Notes: generated from the letters alone by a model not told the origin. Shown: positions 26,458 through 41,228, counted from the first letter of the stretch. The stretch is DNA of 64,000 nucleotides from Octopus vulgaris (GCA_951406725.2 OX597826.1:68014001-68078000), one strand, 5' to 3'. A program made the numbers and translations.

Positions 26458-26987
26458 TACCGTAAATCCTCGAGTATAATCCGCATTTTTTTTCCCAAAA
26501 TTTAACGGTCAAAATACCTAGTGCGTACTCTACATACGAGGTTAAAAATGAAAAATGCTTTCTAAGCAATATCCGAGTCTAGGCAATATTTGCTGTCCGG
26601 CAATGTTTATTCAGACGCATTTTGTGATGTCGGGCGTGAAAATACCTTAAGCTAAGCCAGAAAGCAATGAAGTCATAAAAGAATCATCCATTTATTTGCA
26701 GTAAGCAACATTTATTAAAAAAAAGGATTCAGAACACAGATAACATGTAACAAAAGCAATTTGCAAACATATTTACATTCCCATATAACAGTTAAGAACA
26801 TCACTAATATTGCATTACGCATGCACGGAAGTGTTTGTTCGACTAGGTGCTGCTGGCTTAATTACGCACGACTCACGTTAGAGAAGAAGTGCGTATTATA
26901 CACAAGGTTTAAGTTTTTCGGAGGTACCCCCTCCCCATCCTCTGCGTATTATACTCAAGGGCGGACTATACTCGAGGATTTACGGTA
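26458..26987. mobile_element. MITE copy 2 (longer form)
   Basis: Same TIRs (ta-ccgtaaatcctcgagtata ... tatactcgaggatttacgg-ta) and same internal sequence as 15691-16091, plus an extra internal segment. Confidence 0.9.
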
Positions 26988-27170
26988 TTTGTTCTCTGCT
27001 CCACAACGCTGGTATGTGGTACACTGTTGATGAATTGGAACAATCGTTTCCTAAGGTCGATTTAATAAATTAGGGATCATAAAGGATTTGGTCCATCATG
27101 TTTAAATTCACAGGTTATATATTTAAACTTCGACGGAGTTCGTTCCTTAAATACAACATTTTGAAGCTCA

Positions 27171-27232
27171 GTGGTGCTTTAATGATGAATATCGCTACGG
27201 ATGCGTAGCGAGATTCATCATTAAAGCGCCAC
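27171..27232. repeat. Hairpin, 29-bp arms, 4-nt loop
   Basis: gtggtgctttaatgatgaatatcgctacg-gatg-cgtagcgagattcatcattaaagcgccac; two mismatches. Confidence 0.92.
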
Positions 27233-28129
27233 GGATCTACACTGCAGAACATTGAGTCCCATTAATCTCAATCAACTTATCATTCTATCATTGATCTCCT
27301 AGGTACTCGGCAGTTCGTATATCAAGGGCGACAACAGGGATGATATCAGGCATTGAACTTTAATTCTACAATCTGTATTTCAATTAACTTCGTTGACCTT
27401 AAAATCCCTTCCACACCACTCACCTTTGATTAGTCCAAATGAATGTCACGCTGATTAATACCCTTTCATTCCTGAGCATTTAAAATCGCTTCATCATCTA
27501 CTTCATTAATTGTCTTTAATTAGATTAATTAATTTAATCATGTTTTTACCAACATACATCGCTTCTTATTTAACCCCTCTTTTCACTATTCCATTTCAAC
27601 AATATTTTCAATTTCCTTCACAAATTTATTAGTTGTCGCCCTTTTCAATTAATTCCCTTCACTTGTTCTCAACTTAATTTAACTTCCTTATTAATGAACC
27701 TTTCCTCTTGAACTATTTATTGTTGTCTTAATGTTTACTATGATGGCTGCACACACATGCCCTGATCCATCAAAATAACAAATTGTATTGATATGCCATC
27801 CTGAATTTTGACTTTTTTCTTTGTTGATTTGGTTGGGTTGACATATCTTCGCTGCTTGATTACTCACTATGGATATACCCGGATAATCAAGGCAATAATG
27901 GTGTTTCGGCTGAAAATCAAGCTTTGCACGTAGGTTAGAAACAATTCTATATATTGAAAATTTTTCCGTCCGTGCGCAATTTCCAACGTAACCACACACA
28001 AACACACTCATACACGTACAAACACAGAGACACACATATAACTCTGTAATTAAGAGGTCCGCATTTTAAACATGTGGACTCAGGTTCAATCACAGAGCAC
28101 GGTAGCTTGGAGAACTCTTCTCTTCTTCT

Positions 28130-28507
28130 CACTCCGTCGGTTACGACGACAAGGGTTCCGGTTGATCCGAATCAACGGAACAGCCTGCTCGTGAAATTAA
28201 CGTGTAAGTGGCTGAGCACTCCACAGACACGTGTACCCTTAACGTAGTTCTCGGGGATATTCAGCGTGACACAGAGAGTGACAAGGCCGGCCCCTTGAAA
28301 TACAGGTACAACAGAAACAGGAAGTAAGAGTGAGAGAAAGTTGTGGTGGAAGAGTACAGCAGGGATCACCACCATCCCCTGCCGGAGCCTCGTGGAGCTT
28401 TAGGTGTTTTCGCTCAATAAACACTCACAACGCCCGGTCTGGGAATCGAAACCGCGATCCTATGACCGTGAGTCCGCTGCCCTAACCACTGGGCCATTGC
28501 GCCTCCA
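28130..28507 (-). mobile_element. SINE family B, tail type A, full length
   Basis: Same tRNA head as 10965-11350; tail near-identical to 45556-45904. Confidence 0.92.
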
Positions 28508-28922
28508 CAGCTTGTAGAAGTATCTACTACCTCAAACTGCACTAAATGAATGCCATTTAAGTGAAGTTGGGAGAGGGAAACTTTCTGGAAGTCCATTGGA
28601 TATATAGAGCCGAGACTTACCATTGCAACAAACGTCATTTTTTTTTGTATTTTACAAATATTTTCCTTTTACTTCTCAACATTTTTTATTCTCTCTCTCT
28701 TCCTTTTCTTTCCTTCAAAAAAGGTGTCAAAAGAAACTTCAGATTGTCTTCTGTTTCTTCTTTTGCGTTATAAAGCTTCAACGTATGTTTCTTTGTAGAT
28801 TTTTCGCTTCTATTTCCTCGCTTTTCATGTGCTTCCGCTTGACTCATTCCGCGTTGCATATTTCATGTTTGTTTTCTCTTTGTCTCTTATCGTTGTCATG
28901 CTATTTTTGTAATAATCTATCG

Positions 28923-28976
<54 letters not shown>

Positions 28977-30095
28977 TTGTGCTTATGTATTTGTATGTGT
29001 GTGTGTGCATCTATACGCATACACATAGACAAACTATTAGACTTAAATCAATTCGTATTGAGTAATATGGTTGACAAGTTGACACACCAAGAGACAGCAG
29101 TCCACTTCATCTTCGCAAGAGTTATTCACCGAAATATCAGTAGTGTACAAACCTTACACCGTATATTTTCGACCCCACTTCTACATATGTGTAGCTCCGC
29201 AAGAAATCGACAGGAAACATGTGACACCTAGAATCGTTTCTGTGGTAAATATATACAAAGTAAAGAGTACCCGTGTACGCGTTTCATAGTTATTACGTAA
29301 AATAGAAATTTTTTTCTCCTATTGAATGGACTAAGCTGACACACATCAGATGTCCCTTCCTGTTTTGAGGAAACATTCAAGGCTGATAAATTATATAAAC
29401 GTGCGTAAGAAACGCTAAATAAATATTCTTTTTTCGTTCAAGGATTCGCTAATACATCTGGTGGACTCTAAATTCATAATTATGTTATTCTACCGAAATT
29501 ATTCTATCGAAATTATTCTCAGTTTGCTTATATATTTCATTAAAACATTGATTTCAAGAGAATAACATTACCGAAGATAATCCTTATTATCTCGTTATCT
29601 ACATTATCGTCACACGCCCCCCATTTACGTAAGCAATTCCCGCTCCTGCCGCCATTTCTTCCTATTCATCATTGATACTCTTACCGAATTTTCCTGCATT
29701 ATTTTCTATGTTATTCTTAGATGGAACCAAATTTCTAATACGCAAATGATAAATCACTTTATATTCAAAACATTCCTTTCGTTAATTGTATTCTTGAAAA
29801 TCGTATACACAAATACACACATGCGTACAAAGCGATATATATATACACACTCAGAGAGAGAGAAGTGTCACTTCAATCTAGACATCCATTACCGAAACAC
29901 ACACACACACACACATATATATATGTATGTACATATATATATATTTATACCGGCATATATGAGTCTATATTACATAATTTCTCAGGTGTCAGTTCACATT
30001 ATATATTCCTGTGTGTATCACCATTTATATCTCGCCCTCTGAATTTCTATACATCTCTTCCTCTCAAGAAACACACTCATACTTAGAAGTATGTG

Positions 30096-30227
30096 CATAC
30101 ATACATACGTACAAACATATATCTACATATCTACATACATACATTCATACATACATACATACATACATACATACATACATACATACATACATACATACAT
30201 ACATACATACATACATACGTACATACA

Positions 30228-30260
<33 letters not shown>
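30096..30260. repeat. (TACA)n microsatellite
   Basis: Directly visible. Confidence 0.95.
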
Positions 30261-30611
30261 GTATATGCCTGTGTATATACATATATATGATTGCGTGTGT
30301 CTGAACGGGTGTGTTTCTAAGCTTATCTACGTATTTATATTGTGTCTCTATCTGTATTTATAGCTGTGTAAGAAATACAGTAAATATTATCAATCATGTT
30401 GTCAATTTGCTGTCAAATTATTCTACAAGAATTCATTTCCCGATAAAACAAATAGACAAACGTACAGACGCACTGACACACACACACACACACACATAGA
30501 CACACACACGCACAAACACATTCACACTCACACACAGGTACACAGGCATTCACAAGTAAAGAAAGAATCTCAATCATATATATGAAAAAATATATATATC
30601 TGTGTGTGGAT

Positions 30612-30649
<38 letters not shown>

Positions 30650-31490
30650 GTACATATACATATTTATACCTATATATATGTATATATATACACACATACA
30701 CACTCACACATATATATGTTCATTTATCTACCTGTCTGTCTATGTAGCTATATTTCAAAGCATAAATGTGCACGCGTGTGCATGAAGGAATTTAGCCTAT
30801 ATATATATATATATATACATATGATGTACGTGTGCATGTATGCTTGTGTATATCCTCATATTCTTACATAATAGAAAGTGTTGTTTAACCGGTTTAATCT
30901 AAGACGCACCGGCTACAGTTAGAATCGTTTGGTGCTAAAAATCGTTTCATATGCGAATAGAAGAATAATTGTTATGTAATAATAAAAACTCGGATTGTTG
31001 AAAGAGCGATTTATTGAAACGTGCATAATAATACAGAAAAATTCTCACCATATTTACGAATCCACATGCAGACACAAAGTGTTATAGGCATACATATATA
31101 TATAGGAAATGAAAGACGGAAGATGAAATATACGAGAATTTATTATTAATCACGGCAATGGCTGGGATTCTCAGTAACTGGTTAAAATAAACAGTCTTGC
31201 AGTGAACCATCCTCGTTTTGTAGAAAGAAATGGAGCCAGACGGAGGAAATGTCTTCATTTCTAGAGAAGATCAAAATTAAATCACAGATTTACAAAACGA
31301 GAAGACAAACACGCAATCCAGCGAAGAAAGTATTAAAAGTGGTCGTTAACAAATATGGATGTAGAAACGACCTCGGGCAAGCTGCATGAAGTGAGTACAC
31401 ACGTTCACACATGCATCCGCACACGTGAGGTTTGGTGAACTCGTGATCACAAAGCGAGTGTTTGCGCATGTGTGAGTGTGAGTGTGCGTT

Positions 31491-32250
<760 letters not shown>

Positions 32251-33155
32251 GTAAGCGTGTATGTTTGTAAATACGTATTGTCTTACATGTGACCGTTCTC
32301 TAATTTGCGAAGATAGCTTTTCATATGAAATTCGATACATCTTATGACATCTCATTAAGTACGCGTGTAAATCACCAAGTCATATTCAAATACGATACAG
32401 AAGAAAGAAAGAATAAACACAATTTTCACACCAGACGTTTTCCACATCGTTTTATTTCCTTCCATGAGAGAATGATTGGCAGTGAATATCTCGTGGGTGC
32501 ATGACGTTCAATTGACGTAATTTGTAGCATTGTGTTACATCGTGATGTGAAACAACAGCAAAAAACATTTCATTATGCTCAAACCGCTTCTAGTAAAATA
32601 GACAATCTGGCTGCAGTATTTCTCTACTGCAATGACACCAGGGTCGATTATCGTAGCAACAATACTCCGTACAGTGAATATAACTATGCGGTCAACACTT
32701 TTGTTTAGGGTTGTCTCCCCTGTCGATTAATTGCGTTTATTCGTTCTAATGCTTAATTTATGTTTATTACTCGTGGCTTATTTTTCTTGTTCGCTTTAAT
32801 TTTATTTTGTAATTGTTTCATTTATCAGACTGCGACCACGCTGGAGTGCCGCCTCGAAGAGGTATAGTCGAATGAATCAACTACGTCGCCTAAAATGTAT
32901 ATCCCTTATCAGGACACTGTTAAAGGATAATAGAAGGGAATGTTCAGATATATGTTTAGCTGTTCGTACGACCACATAGAGGGGTCTAATTTGCTTCAGT
33001 AAGTTACTTTGTGCGCTCCCAATTGTATGGTGCTTTGCAAATTTCATGACCTCAGAGAGTAGCACATATGTCCTCCTTTCAGAAATTATTGGCCCAAGAC
33101 AATAAAGCTCTGATCAGTGAAAACTAAGATCACATCGTTGTCTGGCATTTGCGGG

Positions 33156-33408
33156 ACATGTGGATTTAAGAGAAGAAATCTTTGGTTCGATATTACATGT
33201 GGATTAAAGAGAAAAAAAAAACTTTGGTTCGATATTACATGTGGATTTAAGAGAAGAAATCTTTGGTTTGATATTACATGTGGATTTAAGACAAGAAAAC
33301 TTTGGTTCGATATTACATGTGGATTAAAGAGAAAAAAAACTTTGGTTCGATATTACATGTGGATTTAAGAGAAGAACGCTTTGGTTCGATATTACATATG
33401 GATTTAAG
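33156..33408. repeat. Minisatellite, about 39-bp unit x 6.4, with 3-unit higher-order period
   Basis: Unit acatgtggatttaagagaagaaatctttggttcgatatt starts at 33156, 33195, 33237, 33276, 33315, 33355 and 33394 (partial). Confidence 0.95.
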
Positions 33409-33724
33409 TGAAGATAACTGATCAAAGTTTGTTGAGCAGGAAACCTTATTATATTAAGAATGAGCAAAGTAAAATGTCAAAGAGAAAACTTCTAATTCTT
33501 TGAATCAGTGTGGAGCCAGACCGATTAGGTTAAAGGAATCCATTTTGGTAAAATAGATTTAACAAGAAATCATAAGGGACACTTAATTCTTTGGTAAACT
33601 GAAGAACTGAATGCTTTTATCGATTCATTCTTCAGCATCACCCGCCACTAGCGACGCCAGCGCTGTCGTAACGACGATCCAGTACCAAAGCTAAAAGCAC
33701 CGACACAAATATGCGAACAAAACA

Positions 33725-34005
33725 ATAACAACCACTACCACCACAGCACCAGCACCACCAGCACCAGCACCACCACAACCATAAACACTACCACGATGAG
33801 AACGACGATTACCACCACCATCACTACCACCTCGACCACGACCACATCACCACGACCACAAACACTACAACTGACTTTAACACTACCCACACCAACGCCG
33901 ACTACACAATAACTACAACAACTAATACTACTATTACAACAACAACAACAACTACTACTACTACTATAAACAGAACTAGTAAATACCAACACCGACACTA
34001 CAACC
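33725..34005. repeat. Degenerate (ACC)n/(ACT)n/(ACA)n low-complexity tract
   Basis: Directly visible. Confidence 0.85.
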
Positions 34006-34297
34006 AGTTTATTTTGCATCCATTAGATTCATCTCTTTGGTATTTCTGAAAAGGAACAATACAGACAAAAAAAGAAAAAAGAAAGAAAGAAGAACAGGGA
34101 CAGATACATTCTCGTACGTGCACTAGCACTCACGCACGCACGCACATGTATGTGCGCACACACTCAAACAAAGATACATACATACATACATACATACATA
34201 GAAGTACATATGAATACACTACTACATGTTTTTACACGTGTATGTATGCGAGTAAATATGCGTGTGTGAGTGAGCGTATCCGTATCTGTGTCTGTGC

Positions 34298-34335
<38 letters not shown>

Positions 34336-34339
34336 ACAC

Positions 34340-34375
<36 letters not shown>

Positions 34376-34439
34376 GTATATATATGTATATATATTTACA
34401 CACATATATATATATATATATGCCTGAATGCATACATTA

Positions 34440-34520
<81 letters not shown>

Positions 34521-34728
34521 ATGTGTATGTGGGGGGGCGGGTACGGACTTAGATTGAGGCACCATGAAAAATCGGAAGATCAGGAATGTTGGAGTCGTGC
34601 ATCTTACTTCCATATTCGTGCTAAAGGTAAACCGCAAAGCACTCTGGGAACTAAAATAAAACAAGAGAACATCAACGAACAAATCCTCACAAACAACACA
34701 TACATGTATATGCATACATACATATAAA

Positions 34729-34775
<47 letters not shown>

Positions 34776-35104
34776 CGAACAAGACAAGAAACCACAAGTA
34801 GAAGCGTAAGAGAAAACAAAAAACAAAATGAAACTGCGAACAAAGAAACAACATCTAAGGATAATAATAAATATCTGGGAATTTAACGAAACAGCAACAG
34901 TGAGTTGAAGTCAAGTCAAAGATTACTTGTAATTCTGCTTTGCAGTAAGTCAAAGAAGAAACTCAAATTTTATGGAAATGTAGGAAAAAGAAAACCAAAA
35001 CCATTTCTGTAGATTTTAAAGAAATCTGACTTAATCTTTTTTTTTTTTTTTTTGCCTTTCTACTTGTTACCTTGACTTTTGTGTGAGTGTGTATGTGTGC
35101 ATGG

Positions 35105-35126
35105 AATAATAATAATGATGATGATG

Positions 35127-35223
<97 letters not shown>

Positions 35224-35243
35224 CACACACACATATATATCAA

Positions 35244-35306
<63 letters not shown>

Positions 35307-35388
35307 TTGTGAGTGTGTGTGTGTTTGTGTGTGTTTCGGAAATATATAGTTTAGAATAGATGTAGATATATATAAAAATATAGGCATA

Positions 35389-35466
<78 letters not shown>

Positions 35467-35615
35467 CGTACATGCAGACACATTCAGGCACAAACACGCA
35501 CGCACATATATTGGCGTGATATGCAAATATATGTTATTCTCGTCCACGTACGCATACATTCCTCCATATACACACATATGTATGCAGACATAAACACATA
35601 CACACAGACACACAA

Positions 35616-35702
<87 letters not shown>
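35105..35702. repeat. Compound (AAT)n/(TA)n/(TG)n/(CA)n microsatellite block
   Basis: Directly visible. Confidence 0.95.
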
Positions 35703-35706
<4 letters not shown>

Positions 35707-36039
35707 ATCCATTTTACTTTTATTCTTTTGTTGCACTGGAATCAGAATTCTCAAAGAAACTGAAGTGGATTTACAAAGATGGCAGCTTCCGGAAGTTTTC
35801 AGTTAGCAGGAAGACAACAAGTAAAATATCTGCAATGCTTAAAGCTGACTGATTAGTTATGTCAACCCGGCCTTAGTGCTTGGTAGTTTACACTAGTTTC
35901 ATAGTAAATAGGTTTAGTTTTATTAGTCATACTAAAATTATGGTATTAGATAATGTGAAGGCGATCTTCATAATGGACACGTATTTCGGGCAAGTTTTAA
36001 TTTAAGCCTTTTTGTTTCCTTCTTTTAACTATTATTATT

Positions 36040-36248
36040 ACTCTTTACGCTGTTAATTGCATCTGTCATGTGACTGTGGCCATGCTGGAGCACCGCCTTT
36101 AGTCGAGCAAATCGACCCCAGGACTTATTCTTTGTAAGCCTAGTACTTATCCTATCGGCCTCTTTTGCCGAACCGCTGTCTAACGGAGACGTATACACAC
36201 CAGTATCTGTTGTCAAGCGACAACAAACACAGACACACAAACATATGC

Positions 36249-36293
<45 letters not shown>

Positions 36294-36298
36294 CATAT

Positions 36299-36377
<79 letters not shown>

Positions 36378-36406
36378 TATATATATTGTGTGTGTGTATA
36401 TTTATG

Positions 36407-36441
<35 letters not shown>

Positions 36442-36446
36442 GTATG

Positions 36447-36531
<85 letters not shown>

Positions 36532-36687
36532 GACGGGCTTCTTTCAGTTTCCGTCTGCCAAATCCACTCACATGGCTTTGGTCGGCCCGAGGCTATAGTA
36601 GAAGACACTCGTCCAAGGTGCCGCGCAGTGGGACTGAACCCGGAACCATGTGGTTGGTAAGCAAGCTACTCACCACACAGACACCCC
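36040..36687 (-). mobile_element. CORE-like tRNA-SINE family D, full length, with expanded internal (TA)n
   Basis: Head gtgtggtgagtagcttgcttaccaaccacatggttccgggttcagtcccactgcg; body ...ggaaactgaaagaagcccgtcg; about 290-bp microsatellite; tail ...ggcggtgctccagcatggcc. Confidence 0.92.
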
Positions 36688-37354
36688 TTGTGAATCTCAT
36701 TTGATTTTTTCGGTGTTAGGTCAACTTGACATCAAATAATTTTTGTAGTAATGTCGTTAATTTTACTATTAATGGGTGGCAGTTACTATTGTTTCTGAAG
36801 TCTTTTTATCTAACGCCAACTATGTTCAAGAGGTATACAACGAATTCGTAATCAGTAATTGAAATACCCGTTTTCATGTTTGCTTCAATTATTCTCAGAA
36901 GTTTCGCTTAGAATTAATTTGTTTGAAATGCAATATTACCCACGATTTTGGTGAGTTTTATCGAGATAACTTAGTTTGTTCTATTGCTAATAATCTTTTT
37001 CTATTGCTAATGAACTCGTTCGCATGTAACACGGGTACAAATTCAAAAACCCATTGCAAAATATATACATTCTCTTTCCTAACGCTTAAGGATACTAACT
37101 CCGCGCGAGCTTTACGTCATTTACTTTCCTTCTTCCGCACAGTAATGTACGACGACAATTACATGTACGACGACAATAGATTCTCCATCAAAACAGAGTA
37201 ATCTTTGTGTTTAATTTCAACTCGTCACCGTTGTATACCTAAGCAACGTTTGGATAAGGCAAATATTATCTTTCGTCACTTCTTTTCAACGCATCCAGAA
37301 ATTACGAGCCATGCCACTTTCAGGCTTTCTTCAGCTTGTTACGTTTCTATACCT

Positions 37355-37766
37355 TTTGCTCATTTTACTTCTTTCAGTCATTTGAATGCGGACATGCTGG
37401 AGCACCGCCTTTAGTCGAGCAAATCGATCCCAGGACTTATTCTTTGTAAGCCCAGTTACTTATTCTATCGGACTCTTTTGCCGAACCTCTAAGTTACGGG
37501 GACGTAAACACACCAGCATCGGTTGTCAAGCGATGTTGGGGGGACCAACAGAGACATACAAACATATACACAAACACGCACATATATATACATACATATA
37601 TAAGACGGGATACTTTCCGTTTCCGTCTACCAAATCCACTCACAAGGCTTTGGTTGCCCTGAGGCTATATTAGAAAACGCTTGCCCAAGGTGCCACGCAG
37701 TGGAACTGAACCCGGAACCATGTGGTTGGTAAGCAAGCTACTTACCACACAGCCACTCCTGCTCCT
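37355..37766 (-). mobile_element. SINE family D, full length
   Basis: Colinear with 36040-36687 and 56817-57131; short internal microsatellite. Confidence 0.92.
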
Positions 37767-38992
37767 GAACAAATAACTTGCTACACCTCACTTCTCACAC
37801 CTGACCAGTCCCAATTTTTATACCTATCATATGTATTAAAATCCCAGGAATTTACCAATCATAAGTATTAAAATCCTTGGAAGTTATGTCAAAGAGGGTT
37901 GAAACCTGGGTAATTACTTGAACCAAGATTCAATACTGGGTAGTTATGCTAAGTCTGTCTTAATACTAGAAGGATGTGCTTTAATTAATATTGTAGTTGA
38001 GTCAACGATGTCTTTACGATGATTTGTTGAGAAAATATTATCATAAATATAGGGCGTTTAGAATAACATCATGTCACTAAATGAGTTATGACAAGCCTGT
38101 TATACTTTTGGTGATGACAAATACTTCTATATTTTCGTATAAATACTGGTATATATAGAAATAGCTTCGATTTATCAAAACTCATCGAAGCAGCAAACCA
38201 GTTCCTACATCTAGACAAGTATGACAAACGTGTCTTAATATATGTAGCTATGAAAACCAGATTTCGGAAATCGCTTTGAGACAATCATATGACTATATTA
38301 GTAATATCATCCACTGTGTCTTACTGAATACCTGAGTCTGAATTAAAATAATAGAAGCCAATATATTTGCACTCTCATTAACATCCTCATCATTTTCACC
38401 GTCGTATTCATTTCCGTTCTATCCCCATTGCAATTAGCTGGGTCACCACTGGTGGTGTTATTATCGTGATTGTTATCGTAAGTTATCATCGTTATGACGT
38501 TTGTCATTTTGTTATAATAATTGTCACAAATCTACCGAATCGTTACATAAATGGGTTCAAATGCCACCAATGTCTTTCAAATGCCTATCATCATTGCGAG
38601 GATCCAAAAATTACTTTACTGTACAAAAGCAGTGGTCGAAATAAAACGTCTTCAATCTGAGAATTATTGCGACCATCGTCCTCATCGTTACGGTGTGAAA
38701 AGGTGTAGCCATCGTAACCTTGGTAATCATGAGTGGCCTTATTACAATCATTATCAGCAGCAGCAGCACCACCACCACCATCACCTACACAAACACGAGC
38801 AAATCATCATCATCATCATCACACATGCACACACATATGTATTTATCATTTTTACTAATACATGTCTCCATATTTGTTTTAAAACATTCAAATATAGTTT
38901 CACTGACAATAGTTTGTATGTATGTGTGAATGAATATATATTTATACCTATATACATATATACATAGACGAGTATGTATATACATATATATG

Positions 38993-39200
38993 TAACGGGA
39001 AACTTTATGAAAATAAACAAAAGACGAAGGCAGGTGGAATACAAACAAACAATTATATGGCGCTCAGGAATATAAATAAATAAATCTTTTACGTTTCGAG
39101 CCTACGCTCTTCAACAGAAAGATACACAGAAACGAAACACAGAAAGAAACAAGGAGAAAAAAAAATGCGTGCAGAGGCTAGAGAATCAATATGGCGATCA
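38993..39200 (-). mobile_element. HHR-like short element family E, copy 2
   Basis: Reverse complement of 39084-39123 reads atcttt-ctgttga-a-gagc-gtag-gctc-gaaa-cgta-aaagat; flanked by (TA)n. Confidence 0.85.
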
Positions 39201-39243
39201 TATATATATATATATGTATATACATACATATACACATAAACGA

Positions 39244-39292
<49 letters not shown>

Positions 39293-39550
39293 TTTCCCAA
39301 AATTTAGATTCACATGAATATAGTACTTAAGTTAGATGCACCAGAATTTTGTAAGGTGTTATACATATAAATCCATGGGGTGATTATAATCAACATAAGC
39401 AACAAGAATATCTTCAACCAATATCAAAAATATATATATATGATATAAATATATATATATATATATATGATATAAATAATATATATGTATGGATATATAC
39501 ATACATATATCTACATACATACATATATATGTATATATACATGCATATAT

Positions 39551-39746
39551 GGGTAGAGGGCGTTTAAAATCAATGTGAACAAAATGAAAAGTGAGAAGAT
39601 AAAAAACACAAAAAAAAACAAAAACATGGGAAAACGAACTTTTTTCGAACAACGAAAGAAACAAATAGAGAAACGAGACAGGCTGCATAAAGAACAACCC
39701 CTTCATCAGTTGTCCCCTGTTTTACCTACACCACGTTTCGAACGTT
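39551..39746 (-). mobile_element. Unclassified short element within (TA)n, carrying ctgatga and cgaaac motifs
   Basis: About 195 bp, A-rich on the plus strand, between TA-rich tracts. The minus strand has ttcgaaacg...caactgatgaagggg but no complete HHR fold. Confidence 0.5.
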
Positions 39747-39768
39747 ATATATAAATGCATATACATAT

Positions 39769-39845
<77 letters not shown>

Positions 39846-40663
39846 TACATGCACACACAAACGTACATATATACATACTTGCATACATAGTTACATACAT
39901 AAACACACACACACATACTATATTATATCCATACACAGTTATCTGAATATATATTCATAAAGTGGAGACAGGTATATTTAGTGCAAAAATGTTTCTAGAT
40001 TTTTATAATATTTGGCAATATTCAACGGTATTCCTCACTTTATATTATTGAAATTGTTCCTCTATTTTCATTGGATCTCTGCATTTTCCTATTTCATGGA
40101 TGCCAGAACGATTCTATCAAAAAGAAAGTAAATACTTAGCAAAAAGTTCTTCCTATCTGAATTCATTTGTAACGTTCATTTCTTGTCATTTTACTTCTGT
40201 TTGTTATTTACTTTTCCTCTCATTCTGAGAAAGTTATACTGCAATGACTCTGGTTATACGATAACATTTCTTCAGAAAGGAGTTTGGCTACCGCCTGCAT
40301 TTTTCTTTCCTATTTCTGGTTTCGATACTATTTCTGAGAGATGAATTTTTCTAGAGGATAAATATGGACGATTGAGATATAGCAAGGACATCAAGGAATG
40401 AGTGATAGGAATAACATGATAGAATTTGATGAATGAAAACGATATCTATCTATCTAGCTGCTTGTCTGTCTAACCGCCTTTCTATCTGTCTGTTTCTCTT
40501 TTTATACACACACACACATACACACACTCACAGACACACATATATATGGATATATATATATAGACACACATATATATATATATACATAGATACATACACA
40601 AGCATACACATATACATACATATACATGCACACATGCACGCACACATTCATATATATCTATAC

Positions 40664-40894
40664 AAGGCGGCAAGCTGTCAGAAACGTTAGCATGCGGGTG
40701 AAATGCGTAGCCGTATTTCGTCTGCCGTTACGTTCTGTGTTCAAATGCCGCCGAGGTCGACTTTGCCTTTCATCCTTTCAGGATCGATTAAATAAGTACC
40801 AGTTACGCACTGGGGTCGATGTAATCGACTTAATCTCTTTGTCTGTCCTTGTTTGTCCCCTCTATGTTTAGCCCTTTGTGGGTAGAAAAGAAAT
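40664..40894 (+). mobile_element. SINE family A, full length (central domain resembles the Meta-SINE domain)
   Basis: aaggcggcaagctgtcagaaacgttagc...gttcaaatgccgccgaggtcgactttgcctttcatcctttcaggatcgattaaataagtaccagttacgcactggggtcgat...; homologous to 60432-60654. Confidence 0.9.
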
Positions 40895-40915
40895 ATATAT
40901 ATCTATATATATATA

Positions 40916-40983
<68 letters not shown>

Positions 40984-40984
40984 C

Positions 40985-41150
40985 AATCCAAACATGAACA
41001 AGAAAGAAAAAACAACAACGCGAGGACGTGGAATAAGTATAGTGTTATTGGACGCTCAGGAACGGAAAGAAAAGAAAGAGGATTTCACCTTTCGAGCAGA
41101 GCTCTTTATCAGGAATATAGAAAAACGGAATACTGAGAAAGAAAATGGCC
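40985..41150 (-). mobile_element. Element related to family E with a degenerate HHR core
   Basis: Reverse complement near 41085-41115: ttc-ctgataa-a-gagc-tct-gctc-gaaa-ggtg. It shares the cctgagcg...aata.cacta tail with family E. Confidence 0.65.
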
Positions 41151-41228
41151 AAAGATACACACGCGGTCATCCGCCACGGAAACTGGGAAACCAGGCCCAT
41201 GAGCTTGGCTTGGCTTTAAAAGGGCGAA

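Noticed and set aside
33156-33408. CRISPR-like appearance (constant 26-bp core plus variable segment)
   Set aside because: The variable parts are about 13-16 bp and homologous to each other, there are no cas genes, and the context is eukaryotic; it is a minisatellite.
38118-38279. Stop-free stretch ILLYFRINTG...LSKLIEAANQFLHL faintly resembling a BTB domain
   Set aside because: It is bounded by stops with no convincing splice sites, and the similarity is within chance; an HMM search would be needed.
39700-39745. Permuted hammerhead (cgaaac...ctgatga) on the minus strand; similar order at 5305-5360
   Set aside because: Core words are present but I could not form stems I and III, so these were not called ribozymes.
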